This document shows, piece by piece, positions 45,246 through 54,459 of a stretch of 64,000 nucleotides of DNA. The position numbers and the translations under genes were made by a program. Positions within the stretch are counted from its first letter, which is position 1. The number at the start of each line of letters is the position of its first letter. The notes below the pieces were generated by a model. The model was not told where the DNA came from and did no database searches. It worked only from the letters and a program-made list of their open reading frames with translations. The stretch is from assembly GCA_049199595.1 (NCBI GenBank), contig JBMCYV010000003.1, forward strand, positions 28,421-92,420, in the 5' to 3' direction. Origin of the DNA: Candidatus Nitrosomirales archaeon (lineage in GTDB: Archaea > Thermoproteota > Nitrososphaeria > Nitrososphaerales > UBA213).

Positions 45246-47270
45246 CTACACTTTGGTCAGATTAACGGCCGTCCATTTGTAGCAAGGGGTCTTGGCCGAC
45301 GAATCTAGGCAACCACCGGTGACATAGTTGACTTTACCACCGTGCATAGGCGCAAAAAACATGCCCTTTCTCACCGCATTGGTTATCTTTACATTCAGAA
45401 CAACCTGACCAAACCTTGATTTCATTAGAGCATGATCTCCTTCTTTCAATCCTATATTTTCCGCATCATCAGGATTTACTTCCACATAATTTATGTCCGT
45501 CCCAGGAATAAGAAGACGTTCAGATTTGCTAGTCATTATATCAGTATTGTACCTAGAGATGACCCTACCCGTTGTAAGCACAAAAGGAAACTCGTCTGTA
45601 GTGAGTTGAACAGGTAAGTACTCTACTGCAGTGAATTTGGCTCTACCATCCGGAGTATGAAATCTTTCCGTAAAGAGCACATCGGTGCTACTACCATCAA
45701 CAAGAGGATAACGAACCTCAGAATTTCTTGACAGTATATCCCAAGTAATGCCAGAATAAGGTTTTACAACGTGACTAATTTCCTCCAGAACATCTCGCGG
45801 TGAAGCATAATTGAATTCATGGTATCCAAAGTATTTCGCTAGCTCAATCAGGATCCGCCAATCGGGCTTAGTTTCGCTTACGGGATCCAACAACTGTCTT
45901 CTCCATTGCACGGTTCTGTCCATGTTCGTCATAGAACCTTCTCTTTCCAACCAAGAGGCGGCGGGAAGAACGTAGTGAGCCATTGCAGCCGTAGCACTCA
46001 TGAAGATATCCTGAACAACCAAAAGTTCAAGCGATGACATGGCCTTTTCTGTTACTGTTCTATTAGGAAGGCTGTGAATTGGATTGAATCCCATAATGTA
46101 TAAGCCCTTGATTTCACCGTCAACAGCTTTCGAGATCATTTCCATCATAGTGATTCCCATCTTACTAGGAACTTTGAAACCCCAAATTTCTTCAAGGGCT
46201 TTTGCGTTAGTTTGATCTACTGGCATCCCACCGGGAAAGAATTCCGAAGAAGCACCAACATCACCTGCACCCTGTACATTAGCTTGACCTCTTAGTGGAC
46301 AAACTCCTGTACCAACCCTCCCATAATTTCCTGTTAGCAGCGCAAGATTGATAGCTGCTGCAACCGCGTCAGTTCCTTGGGCTTGTTCTGTAATGCCAAT
46401 TCCCACAAGAATCAATGAACCTCCGGAGGTGGCGTAAAGTCTTGCAGCCTGTAGAACAAGAACAGGTTCGATCTCGATTATCTTTGCTACCTTCTCAGGA
46501 GTGTATTTCTCTACTGAATTCCGAAACTCTTCATAATCATTCGTTCTCTTGTTAATGAACTCCTTATTCTCAAGACCTTCGTTAATAATCACATTTGCAA
46601 TGGCATTTAATAACGCTATGTCAGTGCCAGGCGCAACCTTGAGGTGAAGATCTGCAAATTTAGCAAATGATGGACCTCTAGGATCTACGTCGATCACCTT
46701 TGCACCTCTGTTCTTGGCTTCCATAACATATTGAGTAAGAATTGGGTGAGAGTCAGCCAAACTTGAACCGATGAAGAGAAGCAACTTCGAATCCTTCATG
46801 CTGCTCATTGTAGTGCTAGCCGCACCAAATCCTACCGCGCGCTTGAGTGCGTGAACAGAGGGTTGATGGCAGAGCCTTGCACAACTTTCCACATTGTTAG
46901 TGCCAATCCTCCTCGCTAATTTCTGAATCAGATAATTTTCTTCATTGGTACACAAACAGCCTCCGGAGAAACCTAGAGCATCTGCGCCATGCTTCTCTAT
47001 AATTTTTTTGATATGTGAAGCTATTTCTGATAAAGCTTCAGACCATGATGTTCTCTCGAAGGAATCACCTCTTCTTTTCAAAGGATGGGTCAATCGGTCT
47101 TTTGAACGAAGTATATCAAGAGCTGCAAATCCTTTTGCACAAAGATGTCCCCTACTTACGGGGTGGTCCTTCACTCCCCTGACTTTTGTAGGCACACCAT
47201 CAGAAATTGTAATAGTGATTCCACAACCCACACCACAATATGGACACACAGTTTCTTCTTCTCTCATCAT
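45246..47270 (-). CDS. Molybdopterin (bis-MGD) oxidoreductase, formate-dehydrogenase-alpha-like, Cys type, no Tat signal
   Basis: An N-terminal 4Fe-4S motif is present: CPYCGVGCG...C(AKG). The Cys-His pair in CARLCHQPSV aligns with the SeCys/Cys-His of FdhF-type enzymes. A C-terminal molydopterin-dinucleotide-binding beta-barrel is present (GDHALMKSRFGQV). No adjacent partner subunits were found. Confidence 0.8.
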   Translation of the reverse strand: MMREEETVCPYCGVGCGITITISDGVPTKVRGVKDHPVSRGHLCAKGFAALDILRSKDRLTHPLKRRGDSFERTSWSEALSEIASHIKKIIEKHGADALGFSGGCLCTNEENYLIQKLARRIGTNNVESCARLCHQPSVHALKRAVGFGAASTTMSSMKDSKLLLFIGSSLADSHPILTQYVMEAKNRGAKVIDVDPRGPSFAKFADLHLKVAPGTDIALLNAIANVIINEGLENKEFINKRTNDYEEFRNSVEKYTPEKVAKIIEIEPVLVLQAARLYATSGGSLILVGIGITEQAQGTDAVAAAINLALLTGNYGRVGTGVCPLRGQANVQGAGDVGASSEFFPGGMPVDQTNAKALEEIWGFKVPSKMGITMMEMISKAVDGEIKGLYIMGFNPIHSLPNRTVTEKAMSSLELLVVQDIFMSATAAMAHYVLPAASWLEREGSMTNMDRTVQWRRQLLDPVSETKPDWRILIELAKYFGYHEFNYASPRDVLEEISHVVKPYSGITWDILSRNSEVRYPLVDGSSTDVLFTERFHTPDGRAKFTAVEYLPVQLTTDEFPFVLTTGRVISRYNTDIMTSKSERLLIPGTDINYVEVNPDDAENIGLKEGDHALMKSRFGQVVLNVKITNAVRKGMFFAPMHGGKVNYVTGGCLDSSAKTPCYKWTAVNLTKV

Positions 47271-47319
47271 ACTACATCAAATTTGGAGCGTTGTCCATTA
47301 AGCTTTCTTTCCCTTACTG

Positions 47320-47640
47320 TCACTTACTTTGCGTTCGTTGCAACATGGATAGACCCAGTTCTGTTAGCTTCACCTTGCTATTCAGGAAACTAAAGTAATA
47401 ATCACCGCTAGCAATCGTTCGATATTCATCAGTTGGCTGTTGTTCTGGACTTTTATCAAATCTAATTATACCATTAGCAAGAGCATGATTGACTTCCTTC
47501 CTTGTTATGCCATACTCCAGCAATTCAAGTATTGAAAGGCTAGCCTTATCGATAATCTTGACCATCCTAGTTACGCTACTGTCGGTCAGCAGTTCCTTGA
47601 TTTGTTCATCAGCATATTTATTTATCATAGTATTAACCAT
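47320..47640 (-). CDS. Small hypothetical protein (possible winged-helix)
   Basis: 106 aa. ASLSILELLEYGITRKEVNHALANGIIRF is HTH-like. Support is weak. Confidence 0.4.
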   Translation of the reverse strand: MVNTMINKYADEQIKELLTDSSVTRMVKIIDKASLSILELLEYGITRKEVNHALANGIIRFDKSPEQQPTDEYRTIASGDYYFSFLNSKVKLTELGLSMLQRTQSK

Positions 47641-47711
47641 CCTTCAAATATCTTATAACTATTGGATACAATTTCCATCGTTGGTAACAAGCTTTCAAAG
47701 CAAGATCAGGG

Positions 47712-48212
47712 TTATGTTCTATGCGGCTCCGGCCAGACACCCATACCCACCATTTCGAATTCAAATCTTTCTATTAACTGCTTTGGGATCTGGGACGCTC
47801 CCGCAATTTCTTGGATCGATTGTATGTTTCGCAAAACATGTTTGAAGATATCTTTTTCCGTAATGATGCCTACCAGTTTTTCATTTTCAACAACAGGGAG
47901 GTGATTTATGTTCTTTGATGACATCAGATTTAGTACTGTTGACAGGGATGAAGCAGAGCTCACTGTGACAAGTGGGCTGCTCATTACTGATCCCAACCGT
48001 AGCATCAGTGGTCGCTCACGTTCAGATACGATCCTTATCGCGTCCTTCTCCGTAAGAATACCTACTGGCTTGTTCCGTTCATCAACAATTACAACACTGC
48101 TTATCTTATGCTTGGCCATGAGACCAATTGCATATAGAACAGGTTCTGAATCCTTTGCCTGTTTCACATCTCGTATCATTATTTCCGACACAAGTATTGT
48201 TGACAGTGACAT
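47712..48212 (-). CDS. CBS-pair protein
   Basis: Two CBS repeats are present (ISSVVIVDERNKPVGILTEKD; INHLPVVENEKLVGIITEKD). Confidence 0.8.
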   Translation of the reverse strand: MSLSTILVSEIMIRDVKQAKDSEPVLYAIGLMAKHKISSVVIVDERNKPVGILTEKDAIRIVSERERPLMLRLGSVMSSPLVTVSSASSLSTVLNLMSSKNINHLPVVENEKLVGIITEKDIFKHVLRNIQSIQEIAGASQIPKQLIERFEFEMVGMGVWPEPHRT

Positions 48213-48213
48213 G

Positions 48214-48471
48214 CTACTCTTTCTCCCTGTTGATGCGCAGGGGGATAGGTTTTATCACCTTGCTTGCCTGTGATGCTAAATATACTATACCCAAGACAGT
48301 TGTCACAAGCAGCCATAGAAGTAAAAGTACTACAAAGATCGATATATTACTAGAGAGCGAACTTTCTCCATTGCGTGCAGTTGTTGTCAATAAGACTACA
48401 GATCCTACAGCAACGCCTAGCAACGCTAACCAGAAACCTTTCATTTGTGCTAGTATCTCTGATTTGTTCAT
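48214..48471 (-). CDS. Small two-TM membrane protein
   Basis: 85 aa with two hydrophobic helices. Its stop is 1 nt from the start of the downstream CBS gene, which suggests a likely operon. Confidence 0.4.
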   Translation of the reverse strand: MNKSEILAQMKGFWLALLGVAVGSVVLLTTTARNGESSLSSNISIFVVLLLLWLLVTTVLGIVYLASQASKVIKPIPLRINREKE

Positions 48472-48596
48472 TCCTATATCCCTGCAGGTTATGTTTCGTT
48501 AGAATGCGCTTTAAAGCCAGCACACGTTTTCCAGCGTTGATAATCATCTCTGAAAATTACGGAGATTTTATTAGTTCCATTCATACACAATACGTG

Positions 48597-48968
48597 ATGG
48601 CAACACAGGATGTAGATTCAGAATCTTGGGAGAGCAAGGTGGTCAAGTCAGACTTGCCTGTCGTTGTTAACTTCTGGGGTCCTCGTTGCGGGTTCTGCAA
48701 ATGGCTCGAACCGTTATATGAGAAGCTTTCAAATGAATACAGTGGGAAGATCGTATTTCTGAAACTCAATGTGGACGATGAACGTACCCATGGAGTATTG
48801 CATCATGTATCGATCGAAGGAACGCCCACACTGAAATTTTACTGCAAGGGAAGAGAAGTTGGCGAACATGTGGGTTACGCGGTTGAACCAGTCCTGAAAA
48901 AGAAGATAGATTTGATGCTGCAGGAAATGGAATCATGTTTAAAGAACAGCACGCCTCTGAAACGTTAA
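48597..48968 (+). CDS. Thioredoxin
   Basis: From ATG 48597: MATQDVDSESWESKVVKSDLPVVVNFWGPRCGFCKWLEP...KLNVDD...GTPTLKFY. The active site is CGFC. The track ORF starts far upstream at 48375. Confidence 0.85.
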   Translation: MATQDVDSESWESKVVKSDLPVVVNFWGPRCGFCKWLEPLYEKLSNEYSGKIVFLKLNVDDERTHGVLHHVSIEGTPTLKFYCKGREVGEHVGYAVEPVLKKKIDLMLQEMESCLKNSTPLKR

Positions 48969-48972
48969 CGAT

Positions 48973-49560
48973 CTAGGTTCGAAATATCTTGAAACTCTTT
49001 ATCTTATTTGTCTCAAGGAACAGTTTTATTTCATCGATTATGCCAGACAGCGGTTTGAAAGGTTTCTTCGCAGAATCATCATGTACAAAGATATTGAATC
49101 CTTCAAACGCTTCAGTTATGGCAAGATAGTGTCCGAAAACCAACCATATATTGTTCTTGTTAGGCTGCGCTCGTAGTAGCCTTTCCATATGCACGCTCAT
49201 ATAATTTCGATCGACAGATTTTAAGAAAGATATTACCAGTGCTCGTTTTGGGTCTGTCTTCAATTGCTTCAGAGTAGGTATGACAAGATCGATTTCTATA
49301 TCACTATCACATTTTACCTTACGTTCACTGGGTATCATGGTTACAGTAAGCAGGTAATGCATAAGCGCTTCAGCAAGATCGCCGTGTACCTTGGTCTTAT
49401 CGTAGTCCCCCTGCGAACCTAGTAACTGGACACACCCATCGAATATTTCTTTGATTATCGAGGAAATTTGTGAAGGATTGGAAACAATTGTCGATTCAAG
49501 TTTGTTCTTGTTCATTTTGGTTAATGTAGAATATAGAATTTCTTTTGCGTCGATCTCCAT
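48973..49560 (-). CDS. Hypothetical protein downstream of a stand-alone cyclase (weak PD-(D/E)xK-like pattern)
   Basis: 195-aa ORF starting 34 nt downstream of the cyclase stop. GDLAEALMHYLL ... CDSDIEIDLVIP ... ALVISFLKS loosely resembles a nuclease-fold core. This resemblance is not verified. Confidence 0.5.
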   Translation of the reverse strand: MEIDAKEILYSTLTKMNKNKLESTIVSNPSQISSIIKEIFDGCVQLLGSQGDYDKTKVHGDLAEALMHYLLTVTMIPSERKVKCDSDIEIDLVIPTLKQLKTDPKRALVISFLKSVDRNYMSVHMERLLRAQPNKNNIWLVFGHYLAITEAFEGFNIFVHDDSAKKPFKPLSGIIDEIKLFLETNKIKSFKIFRT

Positions 49561-49594
49561 ACATAACCTCCACTTGTTATACTTATTAGCTTAT

Positions 49595-50308
49595 TTATAG
49601 CGTGGAATAGAGTTTATACAAATTTCCAGTTGTCGGATCTTTATAGTTCCAAACACGGGGATCCAGTTCAAACTCCACAAATTCTTTCCTAACATTGGAA
49701 TCACATACCTCGTACACATCTTGCCCAATCATTATTTGACCAGGGCTTGCAATCCCAGTTATTTTTGCTGCTATGCTAATAGCCGAACCTACTATGTCTA
49801 TGTAGGACCTTGTCGGATCTCTTCCATAGAGTACTACCAAATTCTCACCAAAGTCTATCCCAACCTTGATTCCGATTTTGGGCAACGCATTATCAATGAA
49901 CGCTGGGTTAAGGCCCTCAGCTATGACCTTCATCATGGAACGCGCACACTTCACGGCATTTGTACATGCCTTCTTGCTATCAAATTCACCTGGGAAAAAT
50001 GCTATAACAGCATCGCCAACGTACTTCAGAACATAACCTCCATAACTCGTGGTTAACATCGCCATTTCCTGCGAAAAGACTTGGACTATGGAGGCGAGTG
50101 CTTGAGTTGGAATTGTCATACTCATCCTTGTAGAGCCTTCAATGTCAGCGTAAAGGATGACGAGTTTTACTCTGCTGTTCACATGTCTGCGAAGAAACTT
50201 TTCAGCGAGTTCTGTTGAAGTCTCAAACTGCAACCCCTTCTGCAGGGTTTGAGAAACTCTAACCCTTATCCCTCTAATTGTCGTCTCGTCTGTGTCAGTT
50301 AGTTCCAT
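49595..50308 (-). CDS. Stand-alone class III nucleotidyl cyclase homology domain protein
   Basis: VILYADIEGST (metal Asp 1), LKYVGDAVIAFF (metal Asp 2), KVGIDFGE, DIVGSAISIAAKITGIASPGQIMIG. Confidence 0.8.
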   Translation of the reverse strand: MELTDTDETTIRGIRVRVSQTLQKGLQFETSTELAEKFLRRHVNSRVKLVILYADIEGSTRMSMTIPTQALASIVQVFSQEMAMLTTSYGGYVLKYVGDAVIAFFPGEFDSKKACTNAVKCARSMMKVIAEGLNPAFIDNALPKIGIKVGIDFGENLVVLYGRDPTRSYIDIVGSAISIAAKITGIASPGQIMIGQDVYEVCDSNVRKEFVEFELDPRVWNYKDPTTGNLYKLYSTL

Positions 50309-50413
50309 GAGTTTCAGGTATCTTCATCATGATGGGCTTATTATTTCAATGTATAGCCTTTCATTCAGTCGCTAATAAAAAACTGTGACAAATAAAAATA
50401 GTTCTACAAAGCT

Positions 50414-51025
50414 TCAGGTTTCTTTTGAGTGTCTGGCTCTTCGCGTGATCACAAATTCACAGTGCTTCCCACCAGCTGCCATGCACATTGTTTCTACGCA
50501 GTTATACCCTTCTCCCAGCAATCCCTCAATTATTCCCGCAAGTATTCCAGCGATCATAAAACATCTTGGCTCTTCAGCTTTTTTGCCGTTTGGAGTTGCG
50601 AAGAAGTTATCTTCTAAAGTTACCTTGAGGTCTTCTGTTAAATGTCCCATCGATAGTTTGATCGCAGAGGCTTTTAACTTTCCCCACCCAGCTAGCAAGC
50701 CATAGATCTCTAGAAATTTAACAGCCTCGTCAATGTTCTGTTTCAACTCTCTGGCTCTGGAGCCTACAGTATAACCAAACTCCAGTCCCATCTGATACAG
50801 TATTACAGCAGCGCCAGATTTGAATAAGGAGAACAGTCCCTCCTGCATTGTAGACCAGAATTCTTCGTTAGTTAAAATGGCCCTGCAGTTAAAGACCATA
50901 TCATTAGCTTTGTTGGTCGTTGGGTCGAACTGAAAGAACGAATTAAGATAATCCTCAGTATCCGGAGGACCTTTCCTAAAACTATCCCTCTCAATTCTTT
51001 TCCTTGGGTCGCTTGGATCTAGCAT
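50414..51025 (-). CDS. V4R (4-vinyl reductase) domain protein
   Basis: The C-terminus PRCFMIAGILAGIIEGLLG..YNCVETMCMAAGGKHCEFVI matches the V4R Cys/Glu pattern (C..G...G......E..C...G...C.F.I). Confidence 0.65.
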   Translation of the reverse strand: MLDPSDPRKRIERDSFRKGPPDTEDYLNSFFQFDPTTNKANDMVFNCRAILTNEEFWSTMQEGLFSLFKSGAAVILYQMGLEFGYTVGSRARELKQNIDEAVKFLEIYGLLAGWGKLKASAIKLSMGHLTEDLKVTLEDNFFATPNGKKAEEPRCFMIAGILAGIIEGLLGEGYNCVETMCMAAGGKHCEFVITRRARHSKET

Positions 51026-51215
51026 TGATCAACCAACATGTAAAATTCTAGCGTTATTGTATAAAAGGGCTAGTAAGTGTTGGTTATGACATTCCCTAAA
51101 ATGACAATTCAATGTTTGTATGTTTTGTATTGTAATGGTTACAGGGAATGTGTTTTCTCGAAATAAGGGAACATATTAAAACTGCAGCATGGTCTAGCAA
51201 TGCTGGTGTATAGCT

Positions 51216-52019
51216 GTGACATTAGCTAAGCGAATTATTCCGTGCTTGGATGTTGATAATGGAAGGGTTGTAAAAGGGACGCATTTTCTTGACATAAGGG
51301 ACGCTGGAGATCCAGTGTTGCTTGCAGAAAGGTACAGCAAGGAGGGCGCAGACGAACTTGTATTCTTGGACATAACAGCATCACAGCAGGGACGGGAGAC
51401 TATGAAGAACGTTGTCAAGGAAGTTGCAAAGGTGATCGATATTCCATTTACCGTTGGAGGCGGCGTGAGAACAATGGGTGATGCTAGAGATGTACTGCTC
51501 AGCGGCGCGGACAAAGTTTCCATCAACACTGCTGCTGTGAATGACCCATCACTGATAACGAAACTCATGAAGATATTTGGGAAGCAGTGCGTAGTAGTTG
51601 CTATAGATGCAAAACGTAATTACAAGACCATGAAAGGAAAGCATGTTGTGAAAGTAGGCAGCAAGAGATGCTGGTATGAAGTTTATGTTTATGGTGGCAA
51701 GAAAGCAACCGGTATGGATGCAATTGCTTGGGCAAAAAAGGCAGCAGAGCTTGGTGCTGGTGAGATTCTTCTTACAAGTATAGACATGGACGGGACGCAG
51801 AATGGATATGATATAGAACTTACAAAGGCCATAAGCAATTCCGTTAACGTCCCAGTGATAGCATCTGGAGGTTGTGGAGAACCAAAGCATATGCTTGACG
51901 TCTTCAGGTTTGGCGATGCGGATGCGGCTTTGGCAGCATCAATATTCCATTACGAAAAGTATCCAGTTCCACATGTGAAGCATTATTTGAGCAAGAACGG
52001 TGTCAGCGTTAGAATTTAG
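51216..52019 (+). CDS. hisF: Imidazole glycerol phosphate synthase, cyclase subunit
   Basis: RIIPCLDVDNGRVVKG, RDAGDPV, GADELVFLDITAS, TVGGGVR, LTSIDMDGT, ASGG. GTG start. Confidence 0.93.
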   Translation: MTLAKRIIPCLDVDNGRVVKGTHFLDIRDAGDPVLLAERYSKEGADELVFLDITASQQGRETMKNVVKEVAKVIDIPFTVGGGVRTMGDARDVLLSGADKVSINTAAVNDPSLITKLMKIFGKQCVVVAIDAKRNYKTMKGKHVVKVGSKRCWYEVYVYGGKKATGMDAIAWAKKAAELGAGEILLTSIDMDGTQNGYDIELTKAISNSVNVPVIASGGCGEPKHMLDVFRFGDADAALAASIFHYEKYPVPHVKHYLSKNGVSVRI

Positions 52020-52089
52020 TATAATATAATACAGACATGGTTCTTTTTTGATAATCATAGGCATGAGGGGTTAGAATTTTGTTCACAAA

Positions 52090-52104
52090 TTTCAAAATTT
52101 GAAC
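52090..52104. repeat. 15-nt repeat TTTCAAAATTTGAAC, copy 1 (contains palindrome TTCAAA-N-TTTGAA)
   Basis: It is identical to 54460..54474. The two copies lie in the two intergenic regions flanking the beta-helix fusion gene that separates hisF from hisI. Confidence 0.6.
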
Positions 52105-52324
52105 CTTTAGCAAAGCATATTCAAAATGTTAACGTATACCTAGTATGTCATGAAAAAAGATCAAGCTACAGCTTGAATGATACAATGTAACATAAAGAAC
52201 AGATTTCTTGTCTTTCAGCTCTATATCAAATATTACAGGTTAAGAACATAGTAATGTGCTACCCTAAAATTTCTGCTGAAGATCCTTACGGCTTTATTAA
52301 GAATAAATCACAATCTACGAAGGA

Positions 52325-54343
52325 ATGAAAGTAGCGATAGGGATAGCTATACTGCTCATAGCATCTATCTTTGCATATTCACCTGTGTCAGTACAGGCAG
52401 AGGATGACGAGTTTGAGGCAGCAGCTGAGGATGAAGATCCTGGTAAGGTTGAAGGCACAGGTACGCATTTTGAAGTTACCAATAGCAGATACCTGAACGT
52501 TATCCTTGATAGTTCTGAGACTATTACTCTGGAGCTTGAATCAGTGCCCGAAATGGTAATTATGCATATTGGACCAGTCTCTGCTTCCTCTGCAACTATA
52601 ACTATCAGTGGATTTGCTCCAGAAACCACTTACCACACGTATGAAGATAGTTATGAGAATCATGTAGACTATACAACTGATTCAAGTGGAAGTTATACCT
52701 ACACTCAGGATCTGTCAGTGTCGCATCTAATATTCATACAGCCCAGAGAGAGTACGAAGATCTTAAAGGATGATGCTACTGGAGGAGATTGCACTTTGAT
52801 AGGAACTTGGGATGATACAAATAACATCTGCACTCTTACAACTAATGTAACAGAGACTATTGAAATACAGGATGATGGCATCACGCTAGACTGTGATGGA
52901 CATACAATAACTGGAACTGGTACAGGGAGTGGAGTATTTCTTAATGCAGTAGATAATGTCACTGTAAAGAACTGTACTATTACTAACTTTAGTGATGGAA
53001 TTCTCCTGTTTGATTCTGACAATAACAAAATTATGAATAACAAAATAAACGATGTTAATGACGATGGAATAGACGTTGGTGACGACTCCGATGATAACGA
53101 GATCAAAGGCAACACCGTCACACGTGCTGGTGACGATGGTATTACGCTTGACGATGAGTCCGATGATAACACCGTCGAAGGCAACACCATACGCAACTCG
53201 GGTAGTGATGGAATTTTTGTTGAAGACGACTCCGATGATAACGACATCCTCAACAATATAATCTTCGACTCTGGTGACGATGGAATGGAGCTAGATGACG
53301 ACTCCAGCGATGATGATAATAACACCATCGAGGGCAACTGCATCATTAACACTGATAGCGATGGAATCGACCTTGATGACGAAAACGAAGATAACACCAT
53401 CAAGAACAACACTATCATAAATGCTGACGATGGAATCGACTTTACCGACGATGACAACTTCGATAACGACATAGAGGGCAACACTATCATAGGTATTAGT
53501 AGTGGTGGAATCGAAATTGATTCCGATAATACAGGTAACGAAATCTTCAACAACAACTTCATCAATGCTGGTGACCCTTTTGATGATGACGGCAATAACG
53601 AGTTCGATAGACCTCTACCGATTGGAGGCAACTTCTGGTCCCAGTTCAATGAACCAAGTGAGGGATGCTTCAACACTAGTCCAGCAGATAGGTTCTGTGA
53701 CGATCCTTATGTCTTCTCTGGAAATCAGGATGACTTTCCCTACACCATACCTATAGGATCAACATGTTACTTCCAAGATACGCAGCCTGAAGATCCGATT
53801 TCAATGAATACCGTCAGGAACAATGGAATAGCCAAGACAATACATGCAGAGAAGCAGATCTTCAGCTGCTTCCTAGAGCAAGGTGACATACCGGTTATTG
53901 TTGATCTAACGATAGTTGCAGAGATTTATGAAGACATGAACACGCAGTCAATAATAAAGAAAGATGTCTTGGCATTAACCTGTATAAAGATTGCAACTTC
54001 AGCCAGTGTGTTGGAATGCGAAAGCTCAACACCTACAAGTGACGTAGCACCTGTAAAGCATTGCAGTGAAGAATCTATTGAACACCCTCAAGAGATGAAT
54101 ACGGTTAACAAGGGTAGTCTAGTAAAAACCATAGAATCACAGAAAGAGGTCTTTCTGTGTAATCTTGATAACAAAGGGGTATTTGACAAGAAGGTAGATC
54201 TGGTGTTATTCACAGAGATATGGGAGAATCTAAACAAGCTTCCAGATCCAATAGTCAAGAAGACATTCCTTTCATTCCGTTGTGTAGTGAACTTAGATGC
54301 AGCTGAAGTTGAGTCATGCAAGTTCTCTGACATAACCGACTAG
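52325..54343 (+). CDS. Secreted NosD-like parallel beta-helix repeat protein fused to a C-terminal copy of the two-module Cys-patterned family domain (family copy 4)
   Basis: It starts with a signal peptide (MKVAIGIAILLIASIFAYSPVSVQA). PbH1-type coils follow (ITLDCDGHTITGTG..GVFLNAVDNVTVKNCTITNFSDGILL). About ten acidic coils come next (DDGIDVGDDSDDNEIKGNTV...). From about aa 490 the family domain appears: EDPISMNTVRNNGIAKTIHAEKQIFSC, HPQEMNTVNKGSLVKTIESQKEVFLC and the C-terminal VESCKFSDITD. Confidence 0.85.
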   Translation: MKVAIGIAILLIASIFAYSPVSVQAEDDEFEAAAEDEDPGKVEGTGTHFEVTNSRYLNVILDSSETITLELESVPEMVIMHIGPVSASSATITISGFAPETTYHTYEDSYENHVDYTTDSSGSYTYTQDLSVSHLIFIQPRESTKILKDDATGGDCTLIGTWDDTNNICTLTTNVTETIEIQDDGITLDCDGHTITGTGTGSGVFLNAVDNVTVKNCTITNFSDGILLFDSDNNKIMNNKINDVNDDGIDVGDDSDDNEIKGNTVTRAGDDGITLDDESDDNTVEGNTIRNSGSDGIFVEDDSDDNDILNNIIFDSGDDGMELDDDSSDDDNNTIEGNCIINTDSDGIDLDDENEDNTIKNNTIINADDGIDFTDDDNFDNDIEGNTIIGISSGGIEIDSDNTGNEIFNNNFINAGDPFDDDGNNEFDRPLPIGGNFWSQFNEPSEGCFNTSPADRFCDDPYVFSGNQDDFPYTIPIGSTCYFQDTQPEDPISMNTVRNNGIAKTIHAEKQIFSCFLEQGDIPVIVDLTIVAEIYEDMNTQSIIKKDVLALTCIKIATSASVLECESSTPTSDVAPVKHCSEESIEHPQEMNTVNKGSLVKTIESQKEVFLCNLDNKGVFDKKVDLVLFTEIWENLNKLPDPIVKKTFLSFRCVVNLDAAEVESCKFSDITD

Positions 54344-54373
54344 GGTAGAGTAACTTTACAAGGCGCAAAATCC

Positions 54374-54380
54374 TTTTTTT
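54374..54380 (+). terminator. Oligo-T tract after the beta-helix fusion gene
   Basis: A T7 run lies 30 nt after the stop codon. Confidence 0.35.
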
Positions 54381-54459
54381 GAACCTATAGCGTCACTGAA
54401 ACCACCGAGCTCGCTACGTTAGCTGTTCTTATTCGATTTAATCATAATAATCGCTAATC

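Noticed and set aside
45246-47270. Possible selenocysteine (in-frame TGA) in the FdhA-like gene.
   Set aside because: The ORF is uninterrupted, and the active-site position is an ordinary Cys codon (CARLCHQPSV). No recoding is needed.
52705-53676. 323-aa Ser/Leu/Pro-rich ORF on the minus strand, and the smaller ORFs 53076..53261 and 53502..53756.
   Set aside because: They lie entirely inside the beta-helix repeat gene 52325..54343. They are shadow frames of its GAT/GAC-rich repeats and have no recognisable fold pattern.
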